A stretch of DNA of 50,068 nt, from positions 1 to 50,068 of the forward strand of contig JAISAP010000046.1 in the NCBI GenBank assembly GCA_031266655.1. Direction: 5' to 3'. Numbering within the stretch: position 1 is the first letter of the stretch; the number at the start of each line of letters is the position of its first letter. The notes beneath the pieces were generated by a model, which was not told where the DNA came from, made no database searches, and worked only from the letters and a program-made list of their open reading frames with translations. The position numbers and the translations under genes were made by a program. Positions 18,408 through 26,651 of the stretch are shown one piece after another. The DNA comes from Holosporales bacterium. GTDB taxonomy: Bacteria > Pseudomonadota > Alphaproteobacteria > UBA3830 > JAIRMZ01.

Positions 18408-20573
18408 ATGGAAAAAAGGAGGATTTTAAGCGCAATTTCTCTGCTGGTTTGGGGCATACTCACTACACCCTTCCAGGCTGAGGCAGTACAGCAAGACTCG
18501 AGGGAGTTCTTAGGTGCATCCGATATCCATTTCAGAGGAGTGATCGTTCGTGATGGAAACCCTCAAACGCTTTTGGAACTGAGAGCCAGTTCTGGCGCAC
18601 AGACGACGGAGGAGACGGACTCTTCCGCGCATCCTCGCCTTGTCGTTCCCGCAAGTGTGGAGGCGATCAGGGAAAGGTATTTCGCAGGATACCCATCCCT
18701 CTTCTATATTGCCTTCGAGGCCGGTTCTCACCTCGAGTGTGTAGAGGCAAGAGCGTTCTCAGCTTCTAAAGTGCGATCTCTTGCTCTTCCCAGGGGTGTG
18801 CCCGTGCTGAGCGCAGAATGCTTTCGAAACTGTAGATCCCTTGTCTCTGTTACCTTCGAGAAGGGTTCTCATCTCAGAGCAATGGAAGAGGATGTTTTCT
18901 ATCGTTCCACCCTACGGTCCCTTGTTATTCCTGCAAGCGTGGAGGCGCTTGGCGCTTGGTGTTGCGCGGACTGCCCGCTCACTCTTGTCGTTTTTGACCC
19001 TCATTCTCGACTAGAAAGCATAGGATCGAGAGCGTTCGCCGGGTCTAGCGTACAATCTCTCATGATCCCCGCGAGCGTGACGGTCGTTGAGGCGGAGTGT
19101 TTTGCAGACTGCCCATTGCTGACCTCCTGCGCCTTTGAGGAAGGTTCTCGACTCAGTACCTTCGGGGAGGAAGCGTTGGCCAACACAGCCCTAGAGTGCG
19201 TTGATTTCCCAGAGGGAGTAGAGTTTAGCGTTTGTATATTGAGTGGTTCTAGCGTTAGGGCAATAGACGTTGGGGGTGCACCAGTAAGCTTTTTCTGCGG
19301 TCTCTATGCGGGTACTTACATCCTACAAGAGCTCATGGTTCCTCGAACCATCGAAGGGCTTATAGATTCCTGTTTTGAGCGGTGCAGTACTCTACACTCC
19401 GTTACCTTTGAAGCTGGCTCCCAACTCCAGGGGATTGGAAAGAAGGCTTTCGCTTATTCTATCTTGCGATCTCTCGTCCTTCCCGCACCTGTGAAGGTGT
19501 TGGGAGAAGCGTGCTTCTCAAACTGTCGATGCCTTACCTCCGTTCTCTTTGAAATTGGCTCTTCGCTAGCATCTGTTGGAGACAGAGTGTTTGCCTGGAC
19601 CAGTTTAGAGAACATCTATCTCCCAGAAGGAGTAAATTATGGAATTCGTATATTCAGTAGTTCTAGCATTAGGGAAATATACGTTGGGGGTGTACCAGCA
19701 AGTCTTTTCTGCGGTCTCCATGCAGGTACGTGCATCCCGAGAGCTGTGGAGGTCCCTCAAGACGTGACAATGCTCAAGAGCTCCTGCTTCGAGTTATGTC
19801 ACATGCTCCATACCTTAACCTTCGCAGCCAATACTCAGCTCCAGAAGATAGGAATGCACGCCTGCATGTATTCTGGCATACGATCCCTGGCTATTCCCAA
19901 GAGTGTGATAGCGCTTGACACTAGGTGTTTTGCGAGTTGTCAACGCCTTCTCTGCGTCACCTTCGAAGCCCACTCTCAACTCCAAAAAATTGGGGAGGGG
20001 GCGTTTGCTGGTTCCGCCCTACGATCCATTGTTATCCCTGCAAGTGTTGGGATGCTCGACAAATATTGTTTCGGAGATTGTGGATCGTTGATGCGCGTTA
20101 CCTTTGCAGCCCACTCTCGGCTTCAAGAAATTGGGGAGGGGGCGTTTGCTGGCTCCGCCCTACGATCCATTGTTATCCCCGCAGGTGTAGGGATGCTCGG
20201 CAAACAGTGTTTCGGAGATTGTGGATCGTTGATGCGCGTCACCTTCGAAGCCCACTCTCGGCTTCAAGAAATTGGAGAGGGTGTGTTTGCTGGCTCCGGC
20301 ATACAATCCCTTGTCGTTCCTGCAGGTGTAGAGATGCTCGGCAAACAGTGTTTCGGAGATTGCGGATCGTTGATGCGCGTTACCTTCGAAGCCCACTCTC
20401 GGCTTCAAGAAATTGGGGAGGGGGCGTTTGCTGGTTCCGCCCTACGATCCATTGTTATCCCTGCAAGCGTAGAGATAGTGAGGGAACGGTGTTTTGTACG
20501 GTGCCGGTTCCTCGGTCCTATCACCCTTGAGAAAGGTTCTCGCCTTCGAAGAGCGAGAGGCCCGTGTCTCTAG
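18408..20573 (+). CDS. BspA-type LRR protein, secreted (paralogue 9, about 721 aa)
   Basis: ORF 18363..20573. Start re-set to ATG 18408 (MEKRRILSAISLLVWGILTTPFQAEA|V). LRR units throughout. Contains the 4 x 141-bp tandem block. Confidence 0.86.
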   Translation: MEKRRILSAISLLVWGILTTPFQAEAVQQDSREFLGASDIHFRGVIVRDGNPQTLLELRASSGAQTTEETDSSAHPRLVVPASVEAIRERYFAGYPSLFYIAFEAGSHLECVEARAFSASKVRSLALPRGVPVLSAECFRNCRSLVSVTFEKGSHLRAMEEDVFYRSTLRSLVIPASVEALGAWCCADCPLTLVVFDPHSRLESIGSRAFAGSSVQSLMIPASVTVVEAECFADCPLLTSCAFEEGSRLSTFGEEALANTALECVDFPEGVEFSVCILSGSSVRAIDVGGAPVSFFCGLYAGTYILQELMVPRTIEGLIDSCFERCSTLHSVTFEAGSQLQGIGKKAFAYSILRSLVLPAPVKVLGEACFSNCRCLTSVLFEIGSSLASVGDRVFAWTSLENIYLPEGVNYGIRIFSSSSIREIYVGGVPASLFCGLHAGTCIPRAVEVPQDVTMLKSSCFELCHMLHTLTFAANTQLQKIGMHACMYSGIRSLAIPKSVIALDTRCFASCQRLLCVTFEAHSQLQKIGEGAFAGSALRSIVIPASVGMLDKYCFGDCGSLMRVTFAAHSRLQEIGEGAFAGSALRSIVIPAGVGMLGKQCFGDCGSLMRVTFEAHSRLQEIGEGVFAGSGIQSLVVPAGVEMLGKQCFGDCGSLMRVTFEAHSRLQEIGEGAFAGSALRSIVIPASVEIVRERCFVRCRFLGPITLEKGSRLRRARGPCL
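19926..20489 (+). repeat. 4 x 141-bp in-frame tandem repeat (two LRR units per copy)
   Basis: TGTTTCGGAGATTGTGGATCG recurs at 20067, 20208 and 20349 (period 141). Encoded units are CFGDCGSLMRVTFEAHSRLQEIGEGAFAGSALRSIVIPAGVGMLGKQ, nearly identical between copies. The first copy (19926) is more diverged. Confidence 0.9.
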
Positions 20574-20672
20574 ACCCTCCAATGCAGGCTATTTCCTTAG
20601 GGAGGAGCGGCCCTACTGCGCAGCCTCAGGAGGGATGAACGCTCTCTCTTTACTTACTGCTGGATGCGCGTA

Positions 20673-20701
20673 TTGACTATACCAAAAATCTATTTTACAC
20701 T
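20673..20701 (+). promoter_or_regulatory. putative promoter (TTGACT-17 nt-TACACT)
   Basis: Conserved cassette, 57 nt before ATG 20730. Confidence 0.45.
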
Positions 20702-20729
20702 ACATGCACAGTTGACGGAGTCACGAACC

Positions 20730-21944
20730 ATGAAAAAACAAAAAATTTTAAGCGCAGTTTCTGCACTTGCTCTGGGAATGTTGAGCATCTTTTCCGAAAC
20801 CAATGCGATGTCTTCGAACGAGGGGCGGTTTGAAGAAGAGGAGGAAGCTCTTATAGGATCGCCCTGGTTTCTGGAATTACCCGTTAATGGGTTTCTCGCT
20901 CTCAGGTCGGCAACCGCTCATGCAGGGGTGTTTGAGCCGTCTCCGACCATCGTGGATAGAGCCTTTGTTTTATATCTGCAAGGGACAGACGTTGAGCTGC
21001 GGAGCTTCGTTATTCCCGCACACGTGGAGACTCTTGAGCAAAGATGCTTCTGGAATTACCAGCACCGGTCTCCTTTCTTCGTTGCCTTCGCAGCTAATCC
21101 ACAACTCAAGAGCATGGGGGAGGGAGTTTTTGCTGAATCTGGTTTGTTCCATATCACCATTCCGGCAGGCATAGGGGAGGTTAGCGCAGCGTGTTTTGTT
21201 GATTGCCCCTTGAGTTCCATTACCTTTGCGGCCGGTTCTCGAATCACGAGAATAAACCCAGATGCTTTTGAGGGTTCCAACTTGCAATTCTTTTTTGTTG
21301 TTTCAAGTGTGGAAGAGATCGGTGTACAGAGTTTCTACAGCTGCCAATCTCTTCGATGTGTTATGTTCGGAGAGGGGTGTCAACTTCAAGTGATACACGA
21401 GAGGACCTTTAGTTACTGCTCTGCCTTGCAATCCATCACTATTCCCGCGAGTGTGCAGGAGCTTAGAGAAAAATGTTTTGAAACTTGCTCGTCTCTTGGC
21501 TCTGTACTCTTCGAGAGTGGCTCTCAGCTTTCTGCGATTGGAAGGAAAGCCTTTAATCACTCTGCCGTGCAAGCCATCGTTATTCCCGCGAGTGTGGAGA
21601 TACTGGGAGATGGGTGTTTTGCCAATTGCAGCCATCTTTCCTCTGTTACCTTTGAGGACGGTTCTCAACTTGTGAAGGTAGGAGCAAAAGCTTTCTGTCG
21701 CTCTGCCTTGCAAGGCTTCACTGTCCCTGCAAGCGTAACGATACTGGGTGAAAGGTGTTTTGCTGATTGTACGGACCTTTCTCGGGTTATCTTTGCACAA
21801 AAGTTTCGACCCCAAGAGATTGGGAAGGATACGGTTGCTGGAAGTCCTCAGGTGCGGCTCATCGTCAAAACAGGAGCCAGCACAGGAAGGAACTGGCCCG
21901 TCGACAAGTTCAATCAAGGCCTGCGTCGCGCTCCCTCCTCTTAG
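20730..21944 (+). CDS. BspA-type LRR protein, secreted (paralogue 10)
   Basis: ORF 20664..21944. Start re-set to ATG 20730 (MKKQKILSAVSALALGMLSIFSETNA|M). LRR units IPASV.(I/E)L...CF..C..L.SV.FE.GSQL. Confidence 0.86.
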   Translation: MKKQKILSAVSALALGMLSIFSETNAMSSNEGRFEEEEEALIGSPWFLELPVNGFLALRSATAHAGVFEPSPTIVDRAFVLYLQGTDVELRSFVIPAHVETLEQRCFWNYQHRSPFFVAFAANPQLKSMGEGVFAESGLFHITIPAGIGEVSAACFVDCPLSSITFAAGSRITRINPDAFEGSNLQFFFVVSSVEEIGVQSFYSCQSLRCVMFGEGCQLQVIHERTFSYCSALQSITIPASVQELREKCFETCSSLGSVLFESGSQLSAIGRKAFNHSAVQAIVIPASVEILGDGCFANCSHLSSVTFEDGSQLVKVGAKAFCRSALQGFTVPASVTILGERCFADCTDLSRVIFAQKFRPQEIGKDTVAGSPQVRLIVKTGASTGRNWPVDKFNQGLRRAPSS

Positions 21945-22018
21945 GGGAGGTAAAGGGTGAAAGCGCCTCGTTACGATCCCTGTGGGGACCGTTTCGTTCA
22001 TGCTTCCTGCCGCCCAAA

Positions 22019-22062
22019 AAGGGTTCCATATACGGCAAAGGTCCTGCCTATCGGGAACCCTT
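22019..22062 (+). terminator. possible terminator-like hairpin downstream of the LRR array
   Basis: AAGGGTTCC (22019-22027) pairs perfectly with GGAACCCTT (22054-22062). An inner GGCA/TGCC pair is present. Followed by CTTTGCTTC, a weak U tract. Confidence 0.3.
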
Positions 22063-22661
22063 CTTTGCTTCTACCCTGAAGATGCGGCAGGTCGGCCAGT
22101 AAATTCTCCTAAGAAGGCGCAAATAAAGTGAGGAAATAGTCCCTTTAAGACTTCCTGTTAAGAAAACGCTCAACTGAAGTCCGCCTCTCTTACACGTACG
22201 TAATCTTACGGTTTAAAAAGGGCTATTGTTTCGGCAATGGGAGGGCCATTTCCAAACCGGCGCATTTCTTCAAAGCCAGAGGAAGATTTTCTGTAAATTC
22301 CTCCGTGGACAGGTGTTCCTGCATCTTGATTGGATCCTACGATGAGAAAGCCGTTATCAAAAAGAGCCGCATGCATGGAACGCAGAGCGCGTAAAAACTC
22401 TTCTTTCGTAAAATAGGAAAGGTTGAGAAGGTTCATAGCTCGAATAACATGACTCGAACGCTTGAGAGGGCGAAGGATACTTTGCTCCTCTAGGAAGAAG
22501 TGTTTGTCTTCAGAAGACAAGCGTAATGCCTCAGGACAGAAAAGAAAAATTTCTTGCGAGTCCGATAATTTACCGAGATGGTAATTCATCAAGAGGCGCT
22601 TGGCGGGAAAGTGCAGAGCATACCAGCTCATCAGTGCATTGAAGGGATACCTCTTCCTGAA

Positions 22662-23367
22662 GGCTCCGGACTAGCATCTTTTTCGTCACTTGACCAGATT
22701 AGTTAGCAAACTGAGGAGATTCTCACCCCTGTTGCTGTACCGGAACTCACACTCCTTCAAGTGCAAAAGGAAGACATCGCCTCTTAAGCCGTTGAACTTA
22801 GCACAACGCCTCTCCGTGCAGCTCCAAAAGGCCTCAACAACGTAGCTCTTGCCTCTAGCAAACTCATTCTTACCCTGAAAGGCTCGGTAAGGATCCACCC
22901 CATTCACAACAAGCCCTTCATAGGTTCCCCAGCCATCTGTGTGAACCGTAGATCCCTCTAGAATCTTCCCTTGGGTAATAGGCATTAACTCTTCTCTTGA
23001 GCAATTCGGAACCATGCCAACAAACAACTTGCCCCTCTCTCTTTAACAAGCCAAAGACCAGAGTCTTTCCTGCTGCTCCACGACCTCTCTTGCCCCGACC
23101 TCTCTTCGCTCCAAAAGACCTCTCATCCAGCTCAAAGACACCAAAATCCCGAGAATCCTCCGCAAAACTCTGCTGCACGATCAGCTCTCGAAAGTACTTG
23201 TAATGCGAGTTAATCGTGTTTCGATTTATTTCTAACAACTTGCTCGCAGAACTTGCCGACATGTCCTCACAGAAACATGCAAGAATTCCATGTTTCTTGT
23301 AAGCTCCTAACCGACTGAACTTCAACATGTCTTACCCTACCTAACATCATTTTGCTAGGAGAGAGCC
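22662..23367 (-). mobile_element. IS1595-family (ISXO2-like) insertion sequence, 706 bp, decayed
   Basis: Imperfect terminal inverted repeats GGCTCCGGACTAGCA (22662-22676) and GGCTCTCTCCTAGCA (reverse complement of 23353-23367), 11/15 matches. Encloses the transposase reading frames. No target-site duplication seen. Confidence 0.7.
22686..23328 (-). pseudogene. IS1595-family DDE transposase, frameshifted
   Basis: N-terminal part 23328..22918 (...ELDERSFGAKRGRGKRGRGAAGKTLVFGLLKREGQVV). C-terminal part 23027..22686 (VPNCSREELMPITQGKILEGSTVHTDGWGTYEGL...GKNEFARGKSYVVEAFWSCTERRCAKFNGLRGDVFLLHLKECEFRYSNR). These are typical ISXO2-like motifs. The frames switch at GTTGTTTGTTGG, about 23020-23035. 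Confidence 0.8.
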
Positions 23368-24087
23368 AAATACAAAAGACCTGTAAACCACCTCCAGCAG
23401 ACGGTCTGTTGCGGCGTTTAAGACAACCTGGATACCCCCGGACTTGACAGTTCTTAAACACACGCCGTAGTCGGATGCGCAATAAAGGATGTTCGGAAAC
23501 CGCGATCGAAGGCGCTTGAAAAAATCGCAGGACGTACGACCATCGCTTACACCAACATCTTGAATCACTAACGGATCTTCTGTCGAAAAACGTTCCTTAA
23601 GATAAGAAAGGCGTCCACTTCTTCGTCAAAAGCGTCAAAGCGTGCTGCATACGTCCGTTTAAAAGCGCCACGATCATCCGTAAAATGGAACAGAATGCGC
23701 TCGGCAAGACAATCGGCATCGGGTTCGTTGATGACCGAGGGATACAAGGAGATCGATGCAAGCTTGGATCGCCCCCAACGAGAACGAAACCCCTTGTTGC
23801 GTAGAGCCTCAACGCTTGTGATTCCCGTCTTCAGCATCCCCCTTGCACTCCCACAACAGCAGGCGTGCCGGAAACTGCGTCTGGGCCAGAATGCCGAGAA
23901 GAAGGCGCTTTCACCATCAATTCAGCACCCCATACTAAGGCTGCCTGCCTGCCGAAGAAGTGACCCATCTTGCCTCAGTTCGTACTCACGTGCTCTGAAA
24001 CCGTAAAAGCATCTCAAACCTTCCCTACGCCACAAGAACACTAGCACATGATGCTCGCGCGTCTCGGAGACCTCACCTTGCTCCAGG

Positions 24088-24408
24088 CTATCCCTCTTCC
24101 TCCTCGAAAGAGCTTTCTTTCGCGAGGACCACCTCCTCTACACTCTCATCGGACAGGTCGTCGCTCGTGTTCTCCAAGACATCCGCCTCCTCCGAGGCAG
24201 CTGCGGGCTCTCCACCATCCAAATCCAACCCCTCCTCAAAGGCCGCGGGAACTTCCACCCCCTTTTTCGTGCGTCGTTTCAGGAGAGACTCTGGATCGAA
24301 CTCTTCCCCGCATTTGGGGCAGATAATAGGGCTCCTCTGCAGGTCGTAGAAGCGCGCACCGCAGGGCGGGCACACGCGCCGCCGTCCCCATTCTAGTTTT
24401 GCTACCAT
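24088..24408 (-). CDS. FYDLN_acid (TIGR02300-like) zinc-ribbon protein with acidic tail
   Basis: 106 aa. CPPCGARFYDLQRSPIICPKCGEEF followed by a Glu/Asp-rich C-terminus. Confidence 0.8.
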   Translation of the reverse strand: MVAKLEWGRRRVCPPCGARFYDLQRSPIICPKCGEEFDPESLLKRRTKKGVEVPAAFEEGLDLDGGEPAAASEEADVLENTSDDLSDESVEEVVLAKESSFEEEEG

Positions 24409-24421
24409 TGGTTCCTCTCGA

Positions 24422-24955
24422 TTAGCATTTTCCTACTTGCGAAAACGTGAGATCAATGTTCGTCGCACGTCCAAAAATAGAGATGGAAACCTTCAATTTG
24501 GACTTGTCCGAAGAGACTTCCTCTACCGTTCCCTGGAAGGTCGCAAACGGCCCTTCCATGACACGCACCATTTCTCCCACGTGGTACAGATCTCCCTGCT
24601 GCTCAGAGAGCGTCTTGTTCACCACACTTTGCCGAATATTTTCCACTTCTCGCAGCGATATAGGGGCGGGCTTCCCCTGGGCCCCCAGAATGGTCGCCAC
24701 ACGCGGGATGGATCGGATTAAGTGCCAAAGCTCGTCGGTAAGTTGCATTTCGATGAGGATATAGCCTGGGAAATATTGCCGTTCCCGCGTCACTTTCGCC
24801 CCACGGCTTAGTTCCGTGACCTCCTCAGAAGGAATCAGGACCTCTCCTAGCTGAGACTGTAACCCCTCTTTCGCGACCTTCTCCTTGATTTGCTCCGCGA
24901 CCTTTTTCTCGAGACCCGCGTAGACGTTGAGGACATACCAATGATGCGACGCCAT
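24422..24955 (-). CDS. nusG: transcription termination/antitermination factor NusG
   Basis: 177 aa. NGN start WYVLNVYAGLEKKV. KOW motif GEMVRVMEGPFATFQGTVEEV. Confidence 0.96.
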   Translation of the reverse strand: MASHHWYVLNVYAGLEKKVAEQIKEKVAKEGLQSQLGEVLIPSEEVTELSRGAKVTRERQYFPGYILIEMQLTDELWHLIRSIPRVATILGAQGKPAPISLREVENIRQSVVNKTLSEQQGDLYHVGEMVRVMEGPFATFQGTVEEVSSDKSKLKVSISIFGRATNIDLTFSQVGKC

Positions 24956-24956
24956 G

Positions 24957-25145
24957 CTACATTCCTAGCAATTTCTGGAAGAGCTTGTAGATCAGTGTGT
25001 CCGTCAGGATGAAGTACAGAGCAGCACTGATCACGAAAACAACGACAGAGACCGTCGTCCACAGCGTCTCTTCCTTCTTCGGCCAGACCACGCGCCCCAT
25101 TTCCTGCCGCACATCGTTGAAAAACGCCCCAATCTTCATGTCCAT
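24957..25145 (-). CDS. secE: preprotein translocase subunit SecE
   Basis: ORF 24957..25202 trimmed to ATG 25145 (MDMKIGAFFNDVRQEMGRVVWPKKEETLWTTVSVVVFVISAALYFIL...), with AAAGGGGA Shine-Dalgarno. The longer ORF would run into tRNA-Trp. Confidence 0.88.
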   Translation of the reverse strand: MDMKIGAFFNDVRQEMGRVVWPKKEETLWTTVSVVVFVISAALYFILTDTLIYKLFQKLLGM

Positions 25146-25168
25146 TCCCCTTTCACTTCGCCCTGCTC

Positions 25169-25244
25169 TGGCAGGGGCGGCGGGACTCGAACCCACAACC
25201 AACGGTTTTGGAGACCGCTACTCTACCAATTGAGCTACACCCCT
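25169..25244 (-). tRNA. tRNA-Trp(CCA): tRNA-Trp (anticodon CCA)
   Basis: Reverse complement is AGGGGTGTAGCTCAATTGGTAGAGTAGCGGTCTCCAAAACCGTTGGTTGTGGGTTCGAGTCCCGCCGCCCCTGCCA. Anticodon loop CTCCAAA. Canonical position upstream of secE-nusG. Confidence 0.92.
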
Positions 25245-25410
25245 ATGCAGGCGCGCCCATTCTTGCATAACCAAGACCCAGGGTAAAAGGGCGTGCGCAG
25301 AGAATCAACCCTTTGCACTCGAGACAAGGCACCTTCTGCAAGGCTGCAAGGATTTGGTTTTTTCCTCCCTTTGTGTTATCTTGTTCTAATGTGCTGATAC
25401 AGGAGTACAA

Positions 25411-25707
25411 ATGAGACAGAAAAATTCGCGAGATTTGTACGCGGCCATGGCCCTACTGACATCGGCCAAAGAGGTGGAGGACTTCCTGACCGATCTCTGC
25501 ACGCCAGCGGAAATCAAAGCTTTTTCTGAGCGATGGAGGGTATGCCAGATTTTGGATCGTGACGATTGCTCTTACAGAGACATCCGCAAAAACACGGGAG
25601 TCAGTTTGGCGACGATCAGCCGTGTTGCGCGCTTCTTGAAACATGAAAAATACGGAGGATACAGAAAAATGTTGGAAAAAATAGCACAAATGGAGAGAAA
25701 GTCATGA
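25411..25707 (+). CDS. YerC/YecD-family TrpR-related DNA-binding protein
   Basis: 98 aa. ...EVEDFLTDLCTPAEIKAFSERWRVCQIL......SYRDIRKNTGVSLATISRVARFLKHEKYGGY matches the family signature. Overlaps the next gene by 4 nt (ATGA). Confidence 0.8.
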   Translation: MRQKNSRDLYAAMALLTSAKEVEDFLTDLCTPAEIKAFSERWRVCQILDRDDCSYRDIRKNTGVSLATISRVARFLKHEKYGGYRKMLEKIAQMERKS

Positions 25708-26642
25708 AAAAGTTCCTTGCAATGAGCCTTTGCGCCTCCCTGGCCCTTCTAGAGGCGCAGGCAAAGCCGAGCATGCGTGTGAAAATTTGCAAAGCTGTGG
25801 AACACGCAGCCCTTAACTCTTCCGCCGCCGGCGTAGCAGATTTTCTCAAGCAGAAAGGGGCCGAACAGGGGATCTCTTACGATGTGAGCGTTGACACGTG
25901 CCAAGGCAACATGGCGCTAGCCTCCCAAATCATGGAGAAGGTTGCAGGTGAGAAGGTCGATGTGGTCGTCACCATTGGCACCCTACCGTCGCAATGCGCT
26001 TACAGGCTGGCGAAAAAAGGAAAGCTGAAGGCCGTTGTCTTTGTCTCAGTCACCAATCCCGACGATGTTGCTAGGGCACTTCCTCACGCAAACGTCACGG
26101 GCGTCTCGAACTTCGTTCCTCTCGAGCCCCAGATAGAGCTCTTCAAGAAGATTCAACCCGGGATCAAGACGCTGGGCGTCCTCTACAACCCCGGAGAGCC
26201 CAATTCTGTCGCCATCGTAGAGCGATTACGCCCCGTGTGTGAGAAAATGGGTGTCGTTCTCAAGCTGCAAGCGATCCCACGTGCTTCGGACATTCCTCAG
26301 GCGACAGAGCGCTTGGCGAAAGAGGCCGATGCGCTTTTCATCAGCAACGATAATCTCGCGCTGAGCGCTATTCCCAACATCGTCGCTCTTTGCTCAAAGC
26401 GGAAGGTCCCTGTCTATGTGAGCGATACGGACCAGGTCGCTCATGGATGCCTTGCCTCTCTCGGTCCCAATCAGTACGAAATTGGGCGCCAGGCAGGGAA
26501 AATGGTGGCGCAGATCGCGGAAGGAAAAAGCCCGAACACCATTCCGGTGGAATATGCGGAGACGCGGGAGCTACACGTGAACACAAAAGGTCCTATCGGG
26601 ATTCCCGAATCGGTCCGAGCAGAAGCGCACAAGGTGCTCTGA
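25704..26642 (+). CDS. ABC transporter substrate-binding protein (ABC_sub_bind / putative Trp-Tyr uptake family)
   Basis: 312 aa. Signal peptide MKKFLAMSLCASLALLEAQA. Motifs VVVTIGTLPSQ, VVFVSVTNP, GVSNFVP, IKTLGVLYNPGEPNS. Confidence 0.8.
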   Translation: MKKFLAMSLCASLALLEAQAKPSMRVKICKAVEHAALNSSAAGVADFLKQKGAEQGISYDVSVDTCQGNMALASQIMEKVAGEKVDVVVTIGTLPSQCAYRLAKKGKLKAVVFVSVTNPDDVARALPHANVTGVSNFVPLEPQIELFKKIQPGIKTLGVLYNPGEPNSVAIVERLRPVCEKMGVVLKLQAIPRASDIPQATERLAKEADALFISNDNLALSAIPNIVALCSKRKVPVYVSDTDQVAHGCLASLGPNQYEIGRQAGKMVAQIAEGKSPNTIPVEYAETRELHVNTKGPIGIPESVRAEAHKVL

Positions 26643-26651
26643 GGAACCACC

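Larger units (their letters stand above)
22206..23837 (-). pseudogene. CheR-like class I SAM-dependent methyltransferase-like gene, disrupted by an IS and a frameshift
   Basis: Three colinear fragments: 23837..23568 (ends TAG), 23568..23368 (IQDVGVSDGRTSCDFFKRL, a D.G.S.G SAM-loop-like motif), and 22661..22206 (HVIRAMNLLNLSYFTKEEFLRALRSMHAALFDNGFLIVGSN, resembling CheR 'CRNVLIYF...L.PGG.L..G'). Removing 22662..23367 joins ...RSFVF to FRKRYPFNALMSWY... in frame. Confidence 0.6.

Noticed and set aside
19925-20530. 201-aa plus-strand ORF in an alternative frame of LRR paralogue 9
   Set aside because: It exists only because the 141-bp tandem repeat propagates an open alternative frame. Its product is a repetitive Arg/Cys/Trp-rich string (…RNWGGGVCW.RPTIHCYP…) with no independent start signals.
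4700-21944. Regular short-period repetition that could be mistaken for a CRISPR array
   Set aside because: The period is about 69/141 nt within long ORFs. The repeats are degenerate at the nucleotide level but conserved at the protein level (LRR units). There are no identical direct repeats separated by unique spacers, and no cas genes.
7801-22001. Many long minus-strand ORFs inside the LRR genes (e.g. 8133..8567, 9925..10383, 10746..11111, 13663..14448 of 261 aa, 21303..22001 of 232 aa)
   Set aside because: They are antisense to strongly supported LRR CDSs and repeat with the same period. They show low-complexity K/R/S/P composition, no starts with a Shine-Dalgarno and no signal. They are typical shadow ORFs of periodic coding repeats.
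22654-23375. Target-site duplication flanking the IS1595-like element
   Set aside because: The 8 nt on either side (TTCCTGAA vs AAATACAA) do not match, so no TSD is claimed. The boundaries rest on the inverted repeats and on in-frame restoration of the host ORF.
25146-25202. Longer SecE ORF start at 25202
   Set aside because: It would overlap tRNA-Trp. The internal ATG 25145 has a good Shine-Dalgarno and gives a normal-length SecE.
25330-25370. Direct repeat CTGCAAGG CTGCAAGG followed by a T run upstream of the YerC-like gene, considered as an attenuator or operator
   Set aside because: Only a 4-bp stem (CCTT/AAGG) can form, and there is no convincing palindrome. That is not enough evidence for a regulatory call.
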